From an uncultured Gemmatimonadales bacterium (GTDB lineage: Bacteria; Gemmatimonadota; Gemmatimonadetes; Gemmatimonadales; GWC2-71-9): 64,000 nt of DNA. This document shows positions 21,846 to 32,850 of the stretch, piece after piece (the first letter of the stretch is position 1; the number at the start of each line of letters is the position of its first letter). The translations under genes and the position numbers were made by a program. The notes beneath the pieces are model-generated. The model searched no databases and was not told where the DNA came from. It saw nothing but the letters and a program-made list of their open reading frames with translations. The stretch is from contig CAWJIM010000018.1 of assembly GCA_963842945.1 (NCBI GenBank), positions 1-64,000 on the forward strand, given 5' to 3'.

Positions 21846-23256
21846 CTAGGGCGGGAAGACCACCTCGGCCCGAAGGCCGTCGCCTTCGAGCGAAGGTCGA
21901 GCTCGCCGCCGAGCTCGTCGCGGACGAGCGCCCGCACGATCGAGAGGCCGGTGCCCGCTCTCGCCGCGCGATCCCGCTGCCGTCGTCGGCGATCGCGAGC
22001 ACGACCTCGTCGTCCCGCTGCGTGAGCTCGACCCGGATGCGGTCGCCGCCGTGCTCGAGCGCGTTCTGCAGCAGCTCGCTGAAGACGAGCGCCAGGGCGG
22101 TCGCCTTGTCGCCGGCGAGCGAGACCGAGCTCGAGCGCGGTCTCGACCGTACTTCTCGGCGCCCAGCCCCTGGACGAGCATCGAGCGCAGCCGGTCGAGC
22201 AGCTCGTGCGAGGTCGACCTCCTCGTCGCCGCTGCTCGGTGAGCACCTCGTGGACGGCGGCGATCGCGAGGATGCGGTTGACCGAGTCCTCGAGCGCCCG
22301 CCGCGGCTCGACGCCGTTCGCGCGCGCCTGCAGGCGCAGCAGCGAGGCGACCGTCTGGAGGTTGTTCTTGACGCGGTGGTGGATCTCCTGGGCCAGGACG
22401 CCGCGCATGACGGCCCGGCCGTGCTCGAGCGCCACCGCCGCGTGGTGCGCGATCGACGCCGAGCAGCGCGCGGTCCTCGTCGGTGAAGGGCGTGTCGCGG
22501 TCGCAGACGAGCTCGCCGATCACGCGCCGCTTCCAGCGCAGCGGCAGCCGCACCGCGTACGCGCCGGCGCGCCCCTCGGGCCAGGCGATCTTGCCGTCCT
22601 CGAGCACGAGCGCCGCGCCGGTCGCGCCGACCGCGTCCATCGTCGTCTTCACGATCGCCTCGAGCGACTCCTCGAGGTAGAGCGACTCCGAGACCGCCTC
22701 GGAGATCTTGGCGAGCGCCTCGAGCTCGCCGACCCGGCGCTGCGCCTGCGCATAGAGCTGCGCATGCTCGATCGATCTGCGCGACCTGGGCGGCGATCGC
22801 GAGCAGCAGGTCGATCTCGCCCGGCGAGAACTCCCGCGGCGTCGCGCGTGCGCACGTTGAGCGCGCCCTCGAGCTTGTCCCGCGGCGACGATCGGCACGG
22901 CCAGGATCGACTCGTACTCGTCCTCGCGGAGGTTCGCGAACGCCTTGAAGCGCGGGTCGAGATGCGCCTGCGACGGGATCATGATCGGCGCGAGCTCGGC
23001 GGCGGCCGTGCCCGTGATCCCCTCGCCCGGCCGCATCCGCGGGCGGCGGGTCATCTCCTCGACCCGCGTCCCGTGCGTCGCCCGCAGGACGAGCTCGCCG
23101 GCCGGGCGTCGTAGAGGTAGACGAAGCACGCGTCGGCGTCGAGCGCCTCCGCGACCCCGCGGGCCACGAGGTCGAGCACCTCCTCGAGGTCGAGCGAGGA
23201 GTTGACCGCCGCGATCGTCTCGGTCAGCAGGCGCAGATGGCGCCGGACGCGTCCAT
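21846..23256 (-). CDS. pdtaS: Cytoplasmic GAF-domain histidine kinase (PdtaS/HisKA_2 type); many frameshifts
   Basis: H-box QEIHHRVKNNLQTVASLLRLQAR; ELLQNALEH, IADDGSG and GTGLSIV; GAF motifs GEGITG and SILAVP; TACAAT 5 nt before the ATG. Confidence 0.85.
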
Positions 23257-23382
23257 TACCGATTGTAGGAAGCCGAGCAGATCGTGCTGGCACCGTCGAG
23301 ATAGCGACCGCGGACTCCGGATGCTTAACAAATCTTTACGTCCGCCGACTTTTCCTCAACACGGCCCTCGTAGGTTCTCGTC

Positions 23383-23648
23383 GTGAACCTCGAGCTGACC
23401 TATCCGACGCGCGGCTACCTCGTCGCCGACACAGCGGCCGGATCGTCGGCAAGGTCGAGTGCCCGATGTACGGCCGCGAGCAGGACGTCCCGGACGCGCT
23501 CGCCGTGCGCTCCGGCTTCCTCTCCCGGCGCCGCCGGCTCGTGCCGGCAGAGGCGATCGTCGAGATCGACGACCGCAGCCGCGTGATCGGCCTCGGCGTC
23601 GAGCGCGAGGCGATCCGCGCGTTTCTTTGGGACGGCTTCCCTGCGTAA
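23383..23648 (+). CDS. Small PRC-barrel-like protein; frameshift near 23435
   Basis: GRIVGKVE...ALAVRSGFLSRRRRLVPAEAIVEID pattern. Confidence 0.55.
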
Positions 23649-23770
23649 CGACTACGAGCTGCCCGAAGAGCAGCTCGCGGTCGGCCGTCAGCGGTCTCTG
23701 CCGCTCCGCCAGTCGGCAAGGACCGGTGAGGCATTCGATTGTCCTACTTGCGCTAGAGAACGCGATCCGC

Positions 23771-25143
23771 CTAAGTACCGCCAGGTAGCGCTCGTGCTCC
23801 CAGTCGGTGAGCTGAACCCGGTACTCGTCCCACTCCTTGCGCTTGAGCTCGACGTAGCGGTCGAAGATGTGCGGGCCGAGCGCCTTGCGGGCGAGCTCGG
23901 ACTCCGCCAGCTGCGTCGATCGCCTCGCCGAGCGTCTCCGGGAGCGAGACGATCCCGCGCTCCTTCCGCTGCTCCGGCGGTCAGGTGGTAGAGGTTCGTC
24001 TCCATCGGCTCGGGCAGCTCGTAGCCCTGCTCGATCCCCTCGAGCCCCGCGTGCAGCAGCGACGCGAAGGTGAGGTACGGGTTGCAGGCGGGGTCGGGAC
24101 AGCGGATCTCGGCGCGCGTCGCCTGCTCCGAGCCCGGCTTGTAGAGCGGGATCCGGATCAGCGCCGAGCGGTTCCGCTGCGACCACGCGACGTAGACCGG
24201 CGCCTCGTAGCCCGGCACGAGCCGCTTGTAGGAGTTGACCCACTGGGCGAAGATCGCCGAGATCTCGCGCGCGTGGCGGAGCTGCCCGGCGATGAACGCC
24301 TTGCCGACGTCGGAGAGGTGCCACTGGTCGTCGGCGTCGAAGAAGCTGTTGCGCCCGTCGGTGAAGAGCGACTGGTGCGTGTGCATGCCCGAGCCGTTCT
24401 CGCCGAAGATCGGCTTCGGCATGAAGGTCGCGTGGAAGCCGGCCTTCTTGGCGATCTCCTTGACGATCAGCCGGTAGGTGAGCGTGTGGTCGGCCATCTC
24501 GAGCGCCGGCGCGAACTCGCATGTCGATCTCGTGCTGCGACGGGCCCGACCTCGTGGTGGACGTACTCGATCGGGATGCCCATCTGCTCGAGCGCCGCGG
24601 ACGGTCTCCTGGCGCAGCTCGCTCGCGGCGTCCAGCGTCGTCATCGCGAAGTAGCCGCCCTCGTCGAGCGTCTCGGTGCCCTTGTCGTCCTTGAACAGGA
24701 AGTACTCGAGCTCGGGGCCGACGTTGAACGTGTCGAAGCCCATCGACTGCATCCGGTCGAGCGCGCGGCGTAGGACGTAGCGCGGGTCGCCCTCGTACGG
24801 CTTGCCGTCGGGCGTGACGACGTCGCAGATCATCCGGCCGACCTTCGTCTCGCCTTCCTTCCACGGCATCATCTGGTAGGTGCCGGGATCGGGGATCGCG
24901 ACCATGTCCGACTCCTCGATCGCGTTGAAGCCGGTGATCGACGAGCCGTCGAAGCCCATCCCGTCGTCGAGCGCGCCGTCGATCTCGCTCGGGCGTGACC
25001 GCGAAGCTCTTCAGGTGCCCCTCGAGGTCGGTGAACCAGAGGAGCAGGAACTCGACCCCGTCCGCCTTGATCTTCTCCAGCGCGTCCTTGCGCGCCTCCT
25101 CGCTCGACGTCGCTCTGTTCTTCGACTCGACCTGCTCTGGCAC
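23771..25143 (-). CDS. glnA: Glutamine synthetase type I (GlnA2/GSI-alpha-like); frameshifts
   Basis: Motifs FTDLEGHLK, FDGSSI, GPELEYF, ATFMPKP, NGSGMHTHQS, NSYKRLVPGYEAP and NRSALIRIP. Confidence 0.93.
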
Positions 25144-25167
25144 GAAAAACCTCCTCGCTAGAAATGC

Positions 25168-25250
25168 AAAAAGCCCCGGGCGAGAAGCGCCCGAGGCCTC
25201 GTCGCCTCTACGACGAGATCAGGCTACCACGGCTCACCGCGACCTGTCCA
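25168..25250 (-). promoter_or_regulatory. glnA promoter and leader with an ANTAR-like hairpin overlapping an intrinsic terminator
   Basis: On the minus strand: TGGACA-18-TAGCCT promoter; hairpin GAGGC-GACGAG-GCCTC (25208-25193); terminator GCCTCGGGCG-cttct-CGCCCGGGGC-TTTTT (25197-25168); GAGGAGG ribosome-binding site follows. Confidence 0.75.
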
Positions 25251-25384
25251 GCGAACTACTCGCTCGGAGCGTGAAATCCCGCTGCTGACGCCGCGGCCCG
25301 CGACAGAAGCTCATGAACCGACGGCCAGACGCCGAAGCTCGGTCTGGAGAACGGTCCAGTCAAGGTGCGATGGAGCGAGACCTC

Positions 25385-26061
25385 ATGAGGCAAGTGCTTC
25401 AACGATTCGTGCGTCTGTCCCGCCGATGATCGTCGCGATGCGTCGCGCTGTTCGTGGCGTTGTCGGGCGACCGCGATGTGCAGACGTCTTCCGGCGCTGA
25501 TCACCGGCGCCCAGATCAAGAACAGCTCGATCAGCAGGCCTCGACGTCGAGAACAGGTCGCTCAGGCCGAAGGATCGTCGAGGGTTCGGTGCGGGGCCCG
25601 CGCAGGTCGCTCGCGGACTCCAGGGACTGCAGGGCGTCCAGGGCGATCCAGGGCGTCCAGGGCGTCGAGGGCCGCGGGGCCGCTCGGGGTAGCACGCAGC
25701 TTTTGCGCCGGGTGCAGGCGGCACGGAAGCACCTCAGCCGGCGCGTCGACAGGACGCCCGTCGCAGGTCAGAGCCGTCGGACGCGACTGACCTCGTCAAG
25801 GGCGAGGGATGCCGCAGCCGACCGGGACCCTGCTTCGGCGCCCTCGGTTTCCAGGTCGCGCAACGTGGTGGTCTCGACTCGACAACGCCGACGCTGCCGC
25901 TGCCGACCGCAGACCTGATCGCGAGCGTCGCGATGCGACCGCGGTGAGGACCTGGGAGATCTCGTGCCCGCGACTCACAATCAGGCGCGGGTGCGAATCG
26001 TCGACGGAAGCACGGCCGCCGCACAGGACGGGCAGTTCTTCATCTGGATCGAGCAGCGTGA
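25385..26061 (+). pseudogene. Secreted collagen-like (Gly-X-Y) protein; reading frame badly disrupted, probably by sequencing error
   Basis: Signal-peptide-like start; fragment LITGAQIKNSSI; CAGGGCGTC repeats at 25620-25670 encode QGVQG-type triplets. Confidence 0.55.
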
Positions 26062-26109
26062 TCCGGATAAGGTGCTGTCGTCTGACGATCCGCTCGCTGC
26101 GATAGCGGT

Positions 26110-27371
26110 TCACGCCTCTGCACGGGCAGCTCCTCGAGCTCGGGCTCGCGGCCGCCGTGGCGGATCGCGCGCGGCCGTAGAGGGCGAGCGCCGGCGCGAT
26201 CGCAAGAGCGCCCGACGGCAAGCGCCGTCGCGGATGCCCCACACGTTGCCGATCACGCCGAGCACGGGCCCGCCGCCGGCCTGGCCGATCGCGTCCGCCT
26301 GGCCCGCTGATCGAGATCACCGTCGCCCGCACGCTCGAATCGGTGATCTGCTCGTTCAGCCAGATCGTGTAGAGCGGCCCGGCGAGGTTGCGCGCCAGGA
26401 AGACGCCGAGCATCGCGACGATCGCGAGCCAGACGCATCCCGGTCAGCGCGAACACGAGCATCGCCGACCATCTGGATGGCCGTGAGACCGAAGAGCCAG
26501 CTGGTCACGACCTTCCGCCCGCCGTGCTCGAAGCGCTTGATGAGCCGGCCCGTCGCGAAGAACCCGAACACCATCCCGACGAGCCAGAAGATCCCGAACC
26601 AGACGACCGGGTCCAGGCTGCCGACTGCGGGAAGCCCGACGTCGCGCAGGAAGTGCGCCTCCTTCAGGCGGTCGAAGGCCTCGCTGGACATGCCCATGAA
26701 GAAGTCGACCCCGATCAGGAGCAGGATCACCGGAGCGGCCCACGCGTAGCGAGCGCCGCTCGCGGCCGTCGAGCGCAGCTCGGTCAGCGCCGATCCGCGC
26801 TCGTGCCGCGGCTTGCGCTGGAAGCCGGTCTCGGGCATGCAGCGACGATGCAGAGAACGCCGCACAGCGCCGTGGCCGCGCCGCCGGCGATCACGCCGGC
26901 ACGGAGGGAGACGAGGCCGATCGCGACCTGCACGATCAGCCCGAGAACGGAGCCGACGTACGCGATACGCGAGCCCTTGCAGGAAGACGCGACCGGACTT
27001 TCTCGACTCCCACCTCGTCGGTGATCCAGGCCTGCTCGGCGCCGCTCGTGAACGTGTACGAGAAGCCCCAGAACGCCCAGAGCGCGATGATCAGCCACGG
27101 CTGCCGAGACGACGCCGACGAGCATCCAGGCGAGGCCCATCCCGAGGTAGCCGACGATCAGCGACAGCCGCCGGCTGTATGTGTCGGCGACGACTCCGGT
27201 CGGGACTTCGAACAGGAACACGGCCGCTTCCATCGCCGTTCCCATCAGGATCAGCTGGAGCGGCGAGAGGTCCAGCTCGCTGACGAGGAACACCGCCATC
27301 ACGACCCACGTCGGCACGCGAGAGAGGATCTGGATGACGTAGTAGAGCCGGGTCGCGTCCGCGCGCCTCAT
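26110..27371 (-). CDS. MFS transporter; frameshifts
   Basis: Motifs LFEVPTGVVADTYSRRLS, SGAEQAWITDE and DSSVRATVIS. Confidence 0.85.
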
Positions 27372-28272
27372 GCGAGCCCCTCCAGAGGCAGCGGAGCGCG
27401 ACCATCGTGATCGTGACGTCGCGGTACTCGTAGCCGAGCTGCTCATTGACGCGCCGCATCCCGTCGTTCCCGCGCTGGGTCCACGTGACGACTTCGCGGA
27501 AGCCGTTCTCCGCTGCCCACGCGAGCTCCGCCCGCTTGAGCGCCGGAAGCCAGGCCGCGGCGGCGCCAGTCACGCCGGACAACCGTCAGCCCGTCCTCGG
27601 CGACCCCGGGTTGTCGTGGCGCATCAGACCGGAGAAACCGACGATCTCGCCGTCGGCCAGCGCGACGAACGAGCCCTCGGGGATCGTCGCCTCGTCGCGA
27701 AGCCAGTCCTCGATCGAGACGGCGCGCAGGCGCCTCGAGCGCCATGTCGTGGTAGCCCTCGGACGCGAGCGGGATACGCCTCCCGCAGCAGCGCGGGCCG
27801 CTCCGCGACCGTGACGACCTCGATTCCGTCCGGAAGGGGCGGGGCGCGGCTCGCGCGCCGAGACTGCTTGACCTGCTCGACCTGACGATCGTCTCGCGAA
27901 AGCCGAACCGCTCGGCGAACGGCTGCGAGCCCTCCTCCTCCACGTGCGCCGCGATCTTGTCGACTCGAGCGTCGAGGCATGCGCGACGAGCTCGCGCAGC
28001 AGCGCCGTGCCTACCCCGCGGCGGCGCGCGTCCGGAAGGACGCGGACCTTGACGGAGAAGCGGTCGCCGATGTCCGAGCGGTCGGCGAGCCCGCTGCCGA
28101 CGACCTCCCCGTCGAGCTCGGCGACGAGGAGGCGCCGCTCCGGCCTGTCGGCCAGCTGCGCACGGAAGAGCTCTGACCGACCCGCCCGACTCGTTCGGGA
28201 AGACAGCGCGCGGCGAATGCGGATGAAGGCCTCGAGGTCGGCGTCGCTCTCGGCTCGGCGAACCTCGATCAC
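27368..28272 (-). CDS. Tandem-domain GNAT acetyltransferase; frameshifts
   Basis: Motifs VLPDARRRGVGTALL, VRRDWRRRGLA and NDGMRRVNEQLGY. Confidence 0.8.
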
Positions 28273-29107
28273 TATCCCGACCTCTTCAGCTTCCCGTGCT
28301 GCTTCGCATACCGCTCGCCGCGGCGGAAGACCTCGAGCCCGAGCGGAATCGAGACGATGCCGATGATGATCAGCGGCCAGATGTTCGGCCACATGTCCGT
28401 GACCCCGGCGCCGTCGATGATCGCGTCCCGGATGCCGTCGAGCGCATACGTGGCCGGCGAGATGACCGAGAGCCACTGCATCCACTCCGGCAGGACGCTG
28501 ACCGGGTAGTAGACGCCGGAGACGACGAGCAGGAGCCCCTGCGCGACGAAGCCGAGCTGCGTGCCCTTCTCGGGCGAGATCAGCGGCAGGACCGCGGTCA
28601 TCATCCCGATCCCGATGAACGAGATCGAGGCGACGAGGAGCACGACCAGGGCCGCGACGAAGTTGGCGCCCGCGAGGCTCGAGGTCGAAGAAGAGCGCGA
28701 CGACGCCGAAGAGGAGCACCGCGCGAATGACGCCGTAGACGATCGCGAAGGCGCCCATCCCGAACAGGTGGATCGGGCGCGAGAGCGGCGCCATGAACGT
28801 GTACTCGATCGTCCCCTCCCAGCGCTCCCACGCGACCGTCTCCGTGAGGATCTCGAAGATGATCCCGAGGTAGGCCCAGACGACCGCCCCGACGAGCAGG
28901 ATCGTCGTCACGCGGTCGACGTCGATCGTGCCGCCGCCGGCCTCGATGCCCTTCGGCGATGAAGACGATCGTCAGCGTGTTCGCGACGGTCCAGAGGAAG
29001 AACGCGACGTCCCACCAGATGTAGCGCTTGACGAGGTAGACGTTCCGCTCGAAGACGCCGGCGAGGCCGATCAGCTCGTGGCGGAGGGTTGCGGCAGCTC
29101 CGGGCAT
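28272..29107 (-). CDS. ABC-2 type exporter permease; frameshifts
   Basis: Motifs WERWEGTIEYTFMAP, SGVYYPVSVLPEW and SPATYALDGIR. Confidence 0.88.
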
Positions 29108-29915
29108 CAGTCTTCGTCCTCCTCTCGCTTCTCGTCCTCGAATGCCTTGCCGGTCGCCGCGAAGAACGCCTCCTCGAGGGTCTCCGCGCCGTAGCGGCGC
29201 TTGAGGTCCTCGACCGGCTCGAGCGCAGAGCAGCTTGCCGTCGTCGAGGATGCCGACGCGATCTGCGAGCGCCTCGGCCTCGTCGAGGTCGTGCGTGCAG
29301 AGCAGGATCGTCGCGTCGTGGATCTCGCGAATCTCGCGGATGAAATCCTGGACCTCGAGCTTCGAGCGCGGGTCGAGGCCGGTCGTCGGCTCGTCGAGGA
29401 GCAGCAGGACCGGCTGCGGTCAGCAGCGCCCGCGCGAGCGCGACCTTCTGCTGCATCCCGCGCGAGAGCTCCTCCATCGCCTCGCCGCGGCGATCGGCCG
29501 GGAAGCCGACCTTCTCAAGGATCCGCGGGATCTCGTCGCGCGTGTCGCCGGGCGTCATCCCGTAGAAACGCGCGGCATACGAGAGGTTCTCGGTCGACGA
29601 CATCTTCTTGAAGAACGACGCCTCGACCGACACGCGGTTGACGAGCCGGCGCACGGCGCGCGTCTCCTTGAAGACGTCGTGCCCGAAGACGTGCGCGCTG
29701 CCGCCGTCGTGCAGCAGCAGCGTCGAGAGCAGGCGGACGAGCGTCGACTTGCCCGAGCCGTTCTGGCCGAGGATGGCGACGCATTCGCCGCGAGCGATCT
29801 CGAAGCTGACTCCGCGGAGTGCCTCCACGCGCTCGCGGCGCCGGCGCAGGCCGGAGCGCTTACCGTCGCTACGGCGGAACTCCTTGCGCAAGTTTTGGAC
29901 TTCGACTGCGGGCAC
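29107..29915 (-). CDS. ABC exporter ATP-binding subunit; frameshifts
   Basis: Motifs GQNGSGKST, LSRGMQQK, LLLDEPTTGLD and LEEAFF. Confidence 0.9.
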
Positions 29916-29996
29916 GTGTTGCTCCAGACTCGACTTGCAGGGACACCGAACCGGCGCACCGACCCGCTTGAAGGGTGGCGCGCGCAGAAACCGGAA

Positions 29997-30053
29997 TCAG
30001 CCGAGGCGCAACATCGCGGGGATCAGCGTAGCTACGACGACGGCCGAGGGCAA
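29997..30053 (-). promoter_or_regulatory. Promoter TTGCCC-17-TACGCT followed by a 5-codon uORF (MLRLG) upstream of the ABC exporter
   Basis: -35 at 30053-30048, -10 at 30030-30025; ATG TTG CGC CTC GGC TGA at 30014-29997. Confidence 0.5.
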
Positions 30054-30063
30054 GACCGCGGGG

Positions 30064-31641
30064 TCATCTGCGGCCCATAGTGAGGTTCACGCGCGCGCCC
30101 TGGCGAAGGCGCACGCCCGCCCGCGGACTCTGGCGCACGACCCGGCGCCAGCTCTTTCGGGACGAGTGCACGACGCGAACTCTGCCGACCGAGCAGTGCG
30201 CGCGCTGAATGCGTCTCCGGGCGATTCCGTACCGCAGATGGATCACGCGGGGCACGCGGCAACGAACCCGTGAGGCCGGCGGTGGCGGCGCGAGCGGCCC
30301 AAGGTCCACCCCGAGCGCGATCACGTGGTCGGATGTGCCGTCGGAGCCCTTGCCCGCCACGACGAGCCGACCGGCGGCAGCGGGATCCGAGCCCGGTTGG
30401 ATGACGACGCCCGTGCCCCACAGTCTCGTCGCGAGCGGGTCGTACGTCGCCTTCCCGCCCATGCCGAACGAGTTGTCCAGCGTCCCGTCTTCGTTGTAGC
30501 GCGAGGCCGCAAACTGGTCACCGGGCGGGAGATCGGAGAGCGCGAGGCCGCCCGAGACGACCTTGCCATCAGCTTGCACGGCGACCCCGTGAGCCACCGC
30601 GAACACGCGTCCGAACGACGTCGTCACAGTGCCCGAGCCTCCGAATGCATGGTCGAGGACTCCGGAGCTCAGGTAGCGAGCGACGCGGAAGGCCCCGGAG
30701 CCGTCACTGCCGGCCACGACGATCTTGTTGCCGGGGGCAGGCGCGAGCGCCCAGGCCCTCTGACTGTAGGAACCGCGGCCGGCGACGATGCCGTCAGAGC
30801 CGAAGGTCGGGTCGAGCCGACCCGTCGGCGTGTATCGGACGACAGCGAAGGCGTTCGCGCGGGGATCCGACATGTCAGCGGTGCCGGCCACGACGATTCG
30901 GGCCCCGATGAGGATGACGGCGGCCGCTTGGTCACGCGAGGAACCGCCCACGCTCGTGTTGACGACGCCGCCGTTTCCGAACGTCGGATCGAGGTCTCCG
31001 TTCGACCTGAGGCGCAGCACGGTGAAGCCATCGCCGCCGGGTCCTACGGCCAGGACCTTCCCGTCGGGCTGAACCGCGACTCCCTCGGCTCCGCCGAAGG
31101 CTCCTACGTGGACGGTCTTGACGCCGTCTCCGGAAAAGGTCGGGTCGAGCGCGCCCGAGGGCGTGTAGCGCACGAACGCGAAGTCCGTTCCTCCGGGAAC
31201 CACGGTCAGGCCGGCCACGACGACCCTCCCGTCGGGACCGACCGCGACTGCCGCTGCGAAATCAGAAGCGGCACCGCCTGAGTCGATCGGCGTACGAACG
31301 ACGCCAGCGCTTCCGAATCCGCGGTCGAGATTCCCGTCCGGAGTCAGGCGAGCGACGAAGAAGTCGGCGTCCGAAGCCTGCGCCCGGTAGGGAGCGGGCG
31401 GTGGCGGAGGCGGGGGCGCCTGGTCGTCGATCGTCCCGGCGAGCACGACCTTGCCGTCGGCCTGCACAGCCGCGGCAGACGCTGCCGACTGGAGCGCAGG
31501 CGAAAGGACGACACGGCCGCCGGTGCCGAACGCCGGGTCGAGGTCGCCCGCCGTCGTCGGCGCCGCACCGGCGAAGCCGCAAAGCGCGACGAGAACGCCG
31601 ACCGCAGCGACGCACACGCCGAGCGGCCTGCGCGCTGACAT
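30064..31641 (-). CDS. Secreted delta-60-repeat (beta-propeller) protein with a C-terminal PASTA-like domain
   Basis: Repeated G-x-LD-x-x-FG-x-x-G and AVQxDGK motifs; C-terminal CRVPRVI...VVRQSPRAG; signal peptide. Confidence 0.85.
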   Translation of the reverse strand: MSARRPLGVCVAAVGVLVALCGFAGAAPTTAGDLDPAFGTGGRVVLSPALQSAASAAAVQADGKVVLAGTIDDQAPPPPPPPAPYRAQASDADFFVARLTPDGNLDRGFGSAGVVRTPIDSGGAASDFAAAVAVGPDGRVVVAGLTVVPGGTDFAFVRYTPSGALDPTFSGDGVKTVHVGAFGGAEGVAVQPDGKVLAVGPGGDGFTVLRLRSNGDLDPTFGNGGVVNTSVGGSSRDQAAAVILIGARIVVAGTADMSDPRANAFAVVRYTPTGRLDPTFGSDGIVAGRGSYSQRAWALAPAPGNKIVVAGSDGSGAFRVARYLSSGVLDHAFGGSGTVTTSFGRVFAVAHGVAVQADGKVVSGGLALSDLPPGDQFAASRYNEDGTLDNSFGMGGKATYDPLATRLWGTGVVIQPGSDPAAAGRLVVAGKGSDGTSDHVIALGVDLGPLAPPPPASRVRCRVPRVIHLRYGIARRRIQRAHCSVGRVRVVHSSRKSWRRVVRQSPRAGVRLRQGARVNLTMGRR

Positions 31642-31711
31642 GACCAAAGCGTAGTCCGCTCTGAGCGGATCGCCTAGCGCTTCGTCCGGCCGATTTCGTA
31701 GATTGTCGCCA

Positions 31712-31779
31712 AGTGCTCGCCGCCGAAGGCGGGCGCTGAGGCAATGGGGCCTCAGGACTTCGAGTCCTGGGCCCTTTTT
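31712..31779 (+). promoter_or_regulatory. Dual-hairpin ANTAR-target RNA overlapping an intrinsic terminator in the glnII leader
   Basis: P1 AGTGCTCGCC-GCCGAA-GGCGGGCGCT; P2 GAGGC-AATGGG-GCCTC; terminator GGGCC.CAGGACT-TCG-AGTCCTG.GGCCC-TTTTT; TAGATT -10 at 31699-31704. Confidence 0.85.
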
Positions 31780-31806
31780 CTTTGGTCCGAGAAAAGGAGG
31801 GGGCAC

Positions 31807-32850
31807 GTGAAGTACAAGCTCGAGTACATCTGGCTGGACGGCTACGAGCCGGTTCCGAACCTACGCAGTAAGACGAAGATCGTCGACTTCGACGCAGAGC
31901 CGACAGTCGAACAATTGCCGCTCTGGAACTTCGACGGCAGCTCCACCCGCCAGGCGGACGGCTCGAGTTCGGACTGCTTCCTCCAGCCAGTCGCGCTCTT
32001 CCCTGACCCCGCCCGCAACCACGCCCGCCTAGTCATGTGCGAGGTGCTGCTGCCCGACGGGACGCCGCATCCGTCGAACAGCCGCGCCGCGATCGCCGAC
32101 GACCCCGACGCCTGGTTCGGCTTCGAGCAGGAGTACTTTCTGTACAAGGACGGCGCGCCCCTCGGGTTCCCGAAGGAGGGCTTCCCCGCCCCGCAGGGCG
32201 AGTACTACACGGGCGTCGGCTTCAAGAACGTCGGCGACGTCGCGCGGCAGATCGTGGACGAGCACATCGACCTCTGCGTCGAGGCCGGCATCGCGATCGA
32301 GGGCGTGAACGCAGAGGTCGCGAAGGGCCAATGGGAGTTCCAGATTTTCGGCAAAGGCGCCCGGCACGCGGCCGACGAGCTCTGGATCGCGCGCTACCTG
32401 ATGCTCCGCCTCTGCGAGCGCTTCGGCGTCGACGTCAACTTCCATCCGAAGCCGCTCGGTGCGGACGTCGACTGGAACGGCTCGGGGTTGCACACCAACT
32501 TCTCGACGAAGCACATGCGCGAGATCGGCGGCGAGGAATACTTCACGGCGCTGATGAGCGCGTTCTCGGAGGCGCGAGACGAGCACATCGCGTGCTATGG
32601 GCCTGAGAACCACCTGCGCCTGACCGGCCTCCACGAGACAGCAGCGATCGACGAGTTCACGCACGGCGTCGCCGACCGCGGCGCGTCAGTCCGCATCCCG
32701 CACAGCTTCGTCAACGACGGCCATCGCGGCTATCTCGAGGATCGGCGGCCGAATTCGATGGCCGACCCGTACCGCATCACCGGCCGCATCGTGCAGACGA
32801 TTCGGTCGGTTGCAGCGCACGCGCTGATCGAGGATGCGTTCGCCGCGTAG
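31807..32850 (+). CDS. glnII: Glutamine synthetase type II
   Basis: Motifs KLEYIWLDG, LRSKTK, WNFDGSST, FGFEQEY, NAEVAKGQWEFQ, DWNGSGLHTNFST and LEDRRPNS; AGGAGG ribosome-binding site. Confidence 0.95.
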   Translation: MKYKLEYIWLDGYEPVPNLRSKTKIVDFDAEPTVEQLPLWNFDGSSTRQADGSSSDCFLQPVALFPDPARNHARLVMCEVLLPDGTPHPSNSRAAIADDPDAWFGFEQEYFLYKDGAPLGFPKEGFPAPQGEYYTGVGFKNVGDVARQIVDEHIDLCVEAGIAIEGVNAEVAKGQWEFQIFGKGARHAADELWIARYLMLRLCERFGVDVNFHPKPLGADVDWNGSGLHTNFSTKHMREIGGEEYFTALMSAFSEARDEHIACYGPENHLRLTGLHETAAIDEFTHGVADRGASVRIPHSFVNDGHRGYLEDRRPNSMADPYRITGRIVQTIRSVAAHALIEDAFAA

